Shown piece by piece: positions 50,323 to 59,388 of a stretch of 59,388 bases of DNA. The DNA is from Catajapyx aquilonaris (taxonomy: Eukaryota), in contig KZ538608.1 in assembly GCA_000934665.2 (NCBI GenBank), positions 1 through 59,388 on the forward strand. Reading direction: 5' to 3'. Within the stretch, counting starts at the first letter, position 1; the number at the start of each line of letters is the position of its first letter. A program made the position numbers and the translations under genes. The notes under the pieces are model-generated. The model had not been told where the DNA came from and did no database searches. It saw nothing but the letters and a program-made list of their open reading frames with translations.

Positions 50323-51936
50323 GTACGGTTGCAGTCTTGTTTTCTTGTGCCATGCCGGGTCGATTCGCGGACTAGATTTTGGCAGAAATGCTGCTACCGG
50401 TTTGCCAAAAAAAACTATGCCAAAATAATTGCCGACTTATATTGCAGTCAGGTGTACAGTACACAAGGCAAGCTCCAGACTGCAAATCGTCTTATGGTTG
50501 ACTGGCGGGGATTATTTTTTTTCGTACAGGATAAACATATGCAAACGGCTTGTTTTGCGGTAGAAAATCGCGTTTCTCCAGGGAAAACAGCGACATCATA
50601 TTTATACGGGAATATAGGATTGTTTAAATATTTCATAAGCAATATAGTATGCTGCTATATGGCAGAGTAGGGCGGTGGAGGGGCGGGGGCTAGATGTGAA
50701 GGGAACTGGGACACACCGACAGTATTTGCCTTATATATATAATTCCAGGCAGCTCCTGGTTTAATAGACGGAATAATTTGCAATATTTTATTTAGCCCAA
50801 TTTACAGTATATTTAGCCAGCGACGTCAGTGCCAGTCATGTTAACTGGCAGTTAAGTGTGACGTCAATTACGGACGTCCCCCTGCTGGTTTCATACGGTT
50901 GCACTGTACTTGTGAGCAGACTTAATTGAATTTCTTGTGCCTGACAAGTTGGCCAAACGGTTCGAGCGGCATGCAGTGCGCAACATATTCTTGGCTCGTT
51001 GCTCCCCTGCAGTTCTTCCCAGATGAGTTTCAAAGNNCCCCCCCCCCCCCCCCCCAATTGGGTGCAACACGCATTAAGTAGTACATATTACGCTAAGCAA
51101 CTTAACTAAACTTTGGATTGAGGTTATGAACTTTCAATATTTTATGTGTGTGTGCGCAAGAATTGTTCCGATTCAGAACCTGGCGTATATAAATCTATTG
51201 TTTCTCGACGTGGCTGCCGGTTGTGCTTGTATGGCTATTCGTTTTCAAGTTCCCTTCCACGCCTTGGCCATAACTCAGCTCCCTTAATGCATAGATCCCC
51301 AGGAAAAGCCAGAGTCGGAGTAACTATTATATACAGGGAGCTGTTTGGGATTTTCTTGACTACAAGATTGGGGCGTGCCCGCAAGCTTCCGGGGGGCCCT
51401 GTTATTAACTGTTGGTGTGCTGGAGAAGGAGGGTACAGGATGAGTCAAAAACTGTTGGCAGATCTGTACAAGCCTGATGTGTAGGGGCGAAAAATGTCGA
51501 CAACCGTTCAGTACTACTAGTAGCCAAAATTTGGCAACACTATCCAGGCATATAGTATGATTTGGTGCCCATTAGACACACGCGGCAGTCCACATCTTGC
51601 GTCTTGTTTTGGGAACTGTGACTCACCCTGTATATATCATAAAAGCGATGGTTGTGCCCCCGTGTGGGTTGTTAGTGGTGGGCCAGGAAATGAGGTGTCA
51701 CACTTGTGGCAATGGCAAGGACAATGTCCAGAATGCGGAGGGGCTGCGAAATGGCAATAGGGAGGAGGGTAGATGGGTTGGGGGGAGGAAGCAAAGGAAG
51801 GAGTCAGACTTGATGGGAAAATCAATGGGGGTTGCAGGACCGGGCGTTGGGATGCTGTTACTGCTGCTTCCTTCCCTGGCTGCCGTTTGGATAGACCTTG
51901 CTTTCACACAAGTTGAAACCTGACAAGAGTTTTTTG

Positions 51937-51963
51937 GAGGAGGAGGAGGAGGGAGGAGGAGGA
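51937..51963. repeat. (GGA)n imperfect microsatellite
   Basis: GGAGGAGGAGGAGGAGGGAGGAGGAGGA-type run. Confidence 0.8.
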
Positions 51964-53488
51964 TTCAAGTTTAATGAGGGTGGAAAAGTCCCCCTACTTT
52001 TACCCCTTTAACTCTCTCTCTCCAGGTGGGATGACTCCTTTATCCGGGAATTGTCGCACCAGGAGGGAGAATAAAATGTCCAATGTGTCCCGCAAATTAA
52101 TGGGACAGATGGCAGGGCACCGGGTATTTTCACCTTTAAATTGGCTTCTCCAACACTGCAGCGTTTTAATACTTAATTGGCTGTACCTATACACTGCTGG
52201 TTGTAAATTTTTATGCGTTTTGAGAAATTCCATTTTCTTCAGGCTCCCAAAAAAAGCTGTTTTGGGACTTAGCTGTTCCCAAACGACAAGAGCTACAGCC
52301 CTTATTATTTAAAAAATCGGCCATAATTATGTCGGTGTGTAAGCAGCTCTCGTTTGCTTACTGGCCTTATGGGATGAAAAGATCAAGGACCTCGAGTCTA
52401 AAAGCGAGCTTTTCTGTGGGGTTTTTTATATTATTATTCCAGGAACCCGGTAACATAAAAGGCGATTTGTTAGCGCCCTGGGGCCCTCCAGTCCGGGCTT
52501 CCCCTCCCCCCAACAAGGCGACAAGTGAATCGTGTATGGCGAAAGCAATATTTGCAGTGGGATTTGCGGTCAAAAGCTTGGAATATGTTAGGGTTTGCTG
52601 CTGGGAGGGGTCTTCTCTTTTCCTCAGAAGTAGAGCAAACAAGCGAAAGGGACACTTCCATTTTCTACCTATCCAGGAAAGGGCCCCTCCGGATGATGGT
52701 CGTTGGGAAGCTGCTCACGTGTATGGGGGGGGGAGAGCCTCGGGATNGGGATTCCCTGGGCGATCTCCCTCCCAACGCAGCTGGAAACGGCAGCAAAGCA
52801 CACCCAGACTCTGATGCTCAAGTCTGGAAATGGAACTGTTTTCCTTCCAGTCCCTCCCCCCCAGTTTCTCTCTTTTCTCCAGCCCCCCCTTCAAATATTC
52901 CGCCGCAATTTCCGGGCCTCCTATAAACCCATCCAGTTTCTCCCCAACTTCATACCGCCCGGGATGACAATCTACCATACCTTCCCAAGAATTTCAATTC
53001 CTATCGACTAGGGATCAACAGGCTTGTTTACGCTCAGTTTTTTTTTTTCGGCAGTAGTTTCGGAGGCTCTGTATTTAATTAATGGGGTGTGAAGATGTCT
53101 ATTTGGAAAAAAAGGAGGCTTATGAGAAGGGTGAATTACGTGATTGGCGGGGGAAAAAAAGAGGAAGGAATTTTCTTTGAAAGCGAGATGTGCTGGGTAG
53201 ATACAATATGAGGGGTCGGAAAAAATTATTTCGGATGGAACTCCCAAAATTGTTATCTGCACTCCAACATTTGGTCATGCTTTTAAACATTGCTACACAC
53301 AGTAATTAAAAATCGCGCATTCCAAGTAAGCAACTTGCACTCCAGATGAAAATATATGGAGTGCAAACTTTGCACAATTTGGACAATTTTTTTTTTAAAG
53401 ATCCGACCCGTGCATTATGATGCTGAAAATGGTACAATATTTTCTTCCAAAAATTGGAAACGATAGTTACATTTAATGAAAATATGTA

Positions 53489-53591
53489 GAATCTTCGTCC
53501 CTCTGCTATATAGTTACTACTAACTTAGCAGTACCATTGCCAACACTGGTGCTGCTAAGTTAGCAGTAACTAGCAGTGGGACGAAAATCTT
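53489..53591. mobile_element. Small foldback MITE (~100 bp), longer copy of the 8334 palindrome family
   Basis: Arms TTCGTCCCTCTGCTATATAGTTACTACTAACTTAGCAGTACC and GGTGCTGCTAAGTTAGCAGTAACTAGCAGTGGGACGAA surround a 12-nt spacer ATTGCCAACACT. Confidence 0.8.
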
Positions 53592-55587
53592 ACTCAATTT
53601 TTTTTTCAAGCTGCATTGTTGTCTGGTTTTGGTTCTTTTCACATTGAAGTTATCTGCCACATTTGGCGACAAAAATTTGGCGCAAAATTTGGTCTGAATA
53701 GTGCATTTTAGTGGTAGTGGCGTTTGAATGGACTTGAACAATGCAGCATTGTTTTTGACGGGTTTTGCAAGCAATTTTTTTTGGATGGCTCGTGCTTGGA
53801 GCCAATTGGCAGTGAACTAACAATGGTCAAAATTTGCTTACCTTACATTTTGCGATAAATGTTCTACATGTTTACTGTTTGTTTCCCCCCTCGTTGCTCC
53901 AGGGTCCATCTAGTGACGGAGCACTGGTTCTGTTTGTATAATTATAAAAGCGCTATTTTTAAAACACCCTAGCCCAACATGGATCCGATTGCCTGATAAA
54001 TTTGGCATCAAGTGGATGGGAGTGTAATTCCAGAGGAAAAGGTGAATGTAATTGGGTAAGACGGGCAGGTGGAAAGCAAAGCGGGTTGAGGGCTAAAAGG
54101 AAAGTTTGGAGCACAGGATTAGGAGGTAGTGGGCAAAGAAAACAAGAGATGGGAGAGGATTAAGACTATAGGGGAGGGGGCCTATAGAGAGGGAAAAGGG
54201 ATAGAAGGAGGTGTTTACAAAAGGAGGAAGGTAAGAATGGGTGTCTTGGTATGCAAAAGGTGCCTTCTTCCTTTCCCTTGCTTCATTAGTGGCGCTTCGT
54301 CGCCTCTTCTTCAACCAACCTCTACCTCGACCCAATTTGCCCGCGTTTCAATTCTCGAGGAAAAGGGGAGGGGGGGGGGGACTCACAACAATCGCGGGGC
54401 TTCAACAAAAGGGTGCTCTGAAGCACGTATTTTAATCCGGGACTAGGCGTTGACGGATGGCTGAATGCGACGAATGCTAAAGCACCCTACCCTTTTTTTT
54501 GATAAGGGAGGGAAAAAAATGCCCAGTTTTTTCGCAAATTGAATGCGCATTTTTGTGGTGGAGACCGTGGTGGTGATTCTGGTTCTGACAGACTTTTAGA
54601 GAGGGAATAGTTTTTGATGTCACGTGCTGCTCATTACTCAGATAATTTTGTGGGCATACAATCCGCCAATTTTGGCAGGTTTTGAGTTATTTACACTGTA
54701 AAGTAGTCTGAAGTCCATTTAATCCTGAAGATTCATAAGGAGCAAAGAAGCCAGGATTTTTTTTCGGTCTTACGAGCGTGTCAATGTGTGTGTTTTTTTG
54801 ACTTTTGTATCCCCACGATTTTTGCTCTCTTCATTACTTTGGGCTCTAAGGTAATATCTGCTATAGAAGGTGGGTTTCTACATGGATGCAGCTGTTATTA
54901 CATTCCGGAACGACATCCCCTCTAATTGCGTTTAGCCATGTGCGATTTTACATGCAATGTGATAGCACCCTCTCTCATTTGGCCTGGAGTGCCTTTACCT
55001 CCCCATCACAACGCACACGTTTATCCACGCACATGCAGACACACACAAAAGGTCAAATGCGGCTGGAGCCATCCATGCCCAAAAACCAGTGGGTTCCAGC
55101 TTCATTCAGGCGGAAGAAAAATGCTCTGGCGAAAAATAGGTCCTCGACTTTTAAGAGCACTCTTCTCTCTCTCTCTGGGAGTTGTCCTTATGCTCATTAG
55201 GTCGTCCGTTTTAGGCGTCGCAGGGTGGGGGAGAAAAAGGTTGCATACCACTCTGGGATTGCTGCCATCAGGGTTGATGCCACCCTTGATTGTTGAGGGG
55301 AGGTTTCTTCAAATGGTGGCCAATTTTGGGAGCCTCCATTTGCAGTCGGTACCGCAATTTTGCACGAGACGTGCCAAGATTATTTTTTTTTGAGACCCTG
55401 TTTTTTTTGTGTGTACATAGCACATATGTATCCCCAGGGATGGCTCCAAAAAATATGTTGACATGGCTGTCAAATTCACTCCCAGCCCCTGAGGCTTATA
55501 TCCAAACCATAAACAAGCACCTAACCTATGCTGGTACACTCCCAGCCATTTACCTGTCAGTACATGACCCCAAAATTTTGCGAAAAT

Positions 55588-55850
55588 ACAATAAACAATA
55601 TTGGCAGATCACGAGAGCGTGATTCGAGTAGACTTTTTGTCTCATTGCCTAGAAAATTCAAGTTGGACAACAACGACCTAGGATGTAAACGTGACGTTGG
55701 CGGATAGAGTGTGCCCGGAAAACAGGAAGTTGCCGATCACCGAAAATTGACCATGAAACTGATTTAGGATCCGATGAATCCGAATCCGAAAGCCGCTTAT
55801 ATCTTGCGGCCTGATACATGTCCACAGACGGACAGACGGACTTTTTTGAC
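55588..55850 (-). mobile_element. DINE-1/HINE-like non-autonomous element, copy B (inverted relative to copy A)
   Basis: Minus strand reads CCGTCTGTCCGTCTGTGGACATGTATCA...TTTCGGATTCGGATTCA...CCTAAAT..GTTTCATGG...CAATGAGA...ATCACG-CTCT-CGTGAT stem-loop...TGCCAATATTGTTT, collinear with 27331-27625. Confidence 0.75.
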
Positions 55851-58800
55851 TTGAAATTTTTTAAATAAATCGTACAAAAATACATTTTGTTTGTATGTCC
55901 AGGTGTTTCAACGTGTTTCGTAATTTAAATGAGCCTGTAGTGTTAAAATTAGATGGGCATGGTCCAGACAGCCGTTTGGCAGTGTTAAGATTGTCTCATT
56001 AAGGCGCCAGATAGTTCTGGCAACTCCGGAGCCACCTGGTGTTGTGTCCGGAGGCTCATTTTCCTTCAGAAAGACACGCTTGAATTATTCCAACAACCCC
56101 TTGGCACTTGTGCAGACCCCCGACTAATTGCCTTGGTCCGACTCCCGACTTCACTGTTGTAGCCTTTTCGCATCAGGAGATGCTGCGGATGAGTCAGATC
56201 AGTTTCTCCCCCCCCTCTTTTGTCTGCCTAGAGAGGGGCATTCACCCATTGCTCCTGGTGGATGAGGGGGAAAGATACGGCCAGGGATGCCAACTCTACC
56301 GTCACAATTTATCAAGGTCCCATTTTGCCATGCCTGAAATGAGAGAGTATTGCCAACCCTTTCCGGTTCGTTCCCTGGTTCCCGGCTTCCGGTTCACTGC
56401 AGCCCCCGGTGATGGACGTGGGCTGCAGGAATGTGTTGCTTTAACCCAGAGAAGCGACAGTGAGAAATGGCTGCAGTTGTAAATCAGTGGGAGAGCAGGT
56501 ATAGAGGAGAGGAAAAAATAAAACCCGGGTTTGAATTTGGGCTTTGTAAATTTATGGCATTAATTTGGAGATGGCAACTGGGTGGAAACATTCCCGGGGC
56601 GAAGTTTCCTTTTTCCCCCGCAGCAGTTGTTGGAAGCATGTTTGACATTGAAACCGAGAGTTGCAGACGAGCCTTAAAATTTGGTACGCAAAAAAAAACT
56701 ATCCCCAGCCAGCAGCAGGGGTTTCTGTCTGTGCCAGCCAATAAACAAGGGCTAACTACACTGCATGATGCAGAATCAGTACGTTGTTCAAGCATGCAAG
56801 GAGGGGACCCCATCTGAAGGAAATGATGGTATCATCAAGAAGCAAAAACGTATGGACTGTGCACGAACATTCCCTTTTATATATATATTTTTTTTCTGTC
56901 GTGCTGAGCATCGGTTTCTGTCTAATATTTCATGGCATCTACTGCATAGATAAGGCGGATCAAAATGGCCGTAGTAAGTCAGCCCGAAATATGCGCGATT
57001 AACCCACTTCTTTCTCCTGCAAATTGAGATATCACCGGAAAAATACGGAGGACTTTTTTTTTTTGAAGGGATATCCGACGACATTATTTTTTTTGGTTGC
57101 AAATTTAATGGTTGATTTTGCAGCATCGATTTAGTACACGAAAAGCAGATCTGGGTATTGACATCTTTAAATTGGATCGATCTGGGTTTTTCGCCACTAA
57201 GCTGCTCAGATTTGGCGTGTCTGACGGACTGTAAAATTGCGAATCTTGCATACAACGGATTTTTAGCCGAAAATGTAGCGTTTAGATGAGGGGGAAAAAA
57301 TCATACTGTGTTTCTAACAAGAAAATAACACTCCTTTATATATAGACCAGGCGTGGTCGATTCGCCAATTTCAACTTGTAACTGCTCAGAATAATATTTA
57401 TAGCTCTCCCCAGTCCAGGTTCTTAACCTTTTGCTAGGACTATCTTGTGTGTGACTGGGGGGAACCTCTCTCCTATACACCCCACCTCGAAATCAATTTC
57501 CGTCGTTGGCCTATTAATTATTGAAGATGGCGGAGCTTGCTGGCTCTCACTTCCGTGCTCGAGTATTTCTCCGGAGCTTTTCCCTCCCGGATAAATCAAA
57601 GAGAAAAGGACCCTGGCAATTGAGTGTGTGGAGTAAATTGGTTAACCATGTGACAACAGGAGGTTGATGCATGATTCAGGGTGTAGGAGGAAAGGGGGGG
57701 ATATATTTATGTGCAGTTTCTCGAACGCACGTTTGGGCCGTTAGCACCTGAGACGCCAATTAAAACGTGAGGCGCGTGTGGAAGTGGAAGTTATTTGGCT
57801 CAGCCTTGCAACTATATAGTTAGGAATACACATAAAAAATGTTACCTGGTAATTGGAGTGCGGTTTGGCCTGGGTGTCGTAAGGATTTGACCTCCATTTT
57901 TTTAAAAGGTTTGTGGTTAGAAGTCGGCCTTCATGGTGTGGGAAATTGGAAGATTTTTTTTTATAAAAGCGGTGTGTTCTGGTGTTCTGCAAGTAGGTCG
58001 GGTTCTATATGTAAAATGAATGCAAATCTAAATATTGGCACGGAGCCAGGATGTATTGGCGGGTTTGGCATGATTTGGCCCGTTGTTTGAAGCGTGTTCG
58101 GTGAGAGAAGTCGACATACACTCTTGAAATATTTGGGTCGGATGTATATAGCATGTTATTTCTAAAAGCGTATTCCCTTGGAAGTACAAAAATTTGTAAA
58201 AAAAAAATGTTACTTTTGATATAACAAGTTGAGTGAAGAGAACACGATTTGTAATGCAGGTATGCTTTGAATGTAACTGACCGAACCTTCAACTACATTC
58301 TGAGTCCTTACTGCAAGTGATATAGGGAACAAAAAAGCAGGAGAATTTTATATTACTGGTGGTTTAGCACACACGAAAAAAGCCATTCAATAATTCCGCA
58401 CCTCGTGTGTGATACCGAGTAGTCTCCTCAAAAAACATGCGCCGACTATAGTTTGAGACATCAATAGAAACCCAACATTTTGCTCGATAAAGGGGGAGGC
58501 TTTCGAGCTCTATTTTTTTTAAAAAGAGCGAATTTGCATTAGGAATTATTATTCCTATATTTTTTAAAAAAATGGGATGGACTTTTCATTAGACTCTAGT
58601 AAAGTTCACATGAGAGGATGTTCTCTCCTCCTGCACACTAGAGAGGTGAAGGGGGCTAGGTTTTCGTCCATTAGGCGTGCCGTTGAAGTGGAACACTTTT
58701 ACCTCGTTTGGAAACATGAAGCGATTGAGGAACTGTGTTTCAAGCACCATTTCACCGAATTTCATTCCCGCTCGCGCGAATTTTCCTGCAAGGAACAAAA

Positions 58801-59388
58801 AAAAACACTTTTTGCCTTTTTTGGCGGGGCAGAAGCCTCCAGAGGCCCATGCTTTGGGTCACAAAAGGTGAATTCTTAACTTGCAAGGAGTGATTTGGCT
58901 CCACTGATTCCTTAGAAGTTCTGTACAGGGTGTTCCAACTGAAGAGGCAGTTTAACTTAGAATTGAGTAACTGTATCAGCAGCCACTGATTATAATTTAA
59001 GTGAGAGTGAAGGCTACACAGGCCCTCGTATCTCTTCTTCTTTAATAAAATAAAAAGGAAGTGGAGGCAAAAGGCAGCCAGGAAGCAAAAAGCGGATGAC
59101 CGGGCCTGCTATTAAGGACTACAGACTTTATTTTTAATCCGGCAATTTGGCGTAATTACGGGGGTCCCATAGGAGTAGGCGTATAATCAGCAGTACGAAA
59201 GTAAAGAGCGCAAATTGCATCCCGGGGATTAATTCAGCCCTCGTCCTTGGAAACATGTCTGTGGGAATAATGGATATCCTTCATCCGCCTTTATATCCGC
59301 GAGAAGAAGCAGTCAAGAAGAAGAAGAAGGTTGGCAGCATTGGATGGGTGTAAGCACTTTCCCCCTCCACCCCCCCAATCCAGATTGC

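Noticed and set aside
58924..59262. Possible Tc1-type element starting TACAGGGTGTTCCAA (similar lone end at ~45917)
   Set aside because: Only one convincing terminus; the matching inverted end is too degenerate to call.
50323..59388. Next cadherin exon
   Set aside because: No ORF with LDRE/DxNDN motifs in any frame; the exon must lie beyond the window.

Overview
Eukaryotic genomic DNA, most likely arthropod (inferred from the cadherin sequence). It is AT-moderate and homopolymer-rich, with a few short N gaps. The only well-supported protein-coding gene is the 5' part of a giant Fat-like protocadherin (kugelei/Fat2; FAT1-3 lineage) on the + strand. Three coding exons (45015-45526, 47025-49166, 49637-50322) join in frame through canonical GT-AG sites and encode about 1113 aa: a signal peptide, nine cadherin repeats and part of a tenth. 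The gene continues beyond the window. The rest is intergenic or intronic and holds many non-autonomous DNA transposons (hAT MITE with 8-bp TSD, Tc1/mariner remnant with TA TSD, foldback MITEs, Helitron/Helentron-like elements), minisatellites and microsatellites. The most interesting hypotheses are all inference: (i) a distal promoter and first exon at about 20.4 kb plus a 41-nt cassette exon that would switch uORF frames in the Fat-like leader; (ii) an inverted element pair flanking the first coding-exon block, a geometry that could favour back-splicing; (iii) TTACGTA-rich satellite arrays abutting the first coding exon; (iv) nested transposon insertions. There is no CRISPR array, rRNA, tRNA or intact transposase. 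I could not confirm a genuinely novel system from sequence alone.
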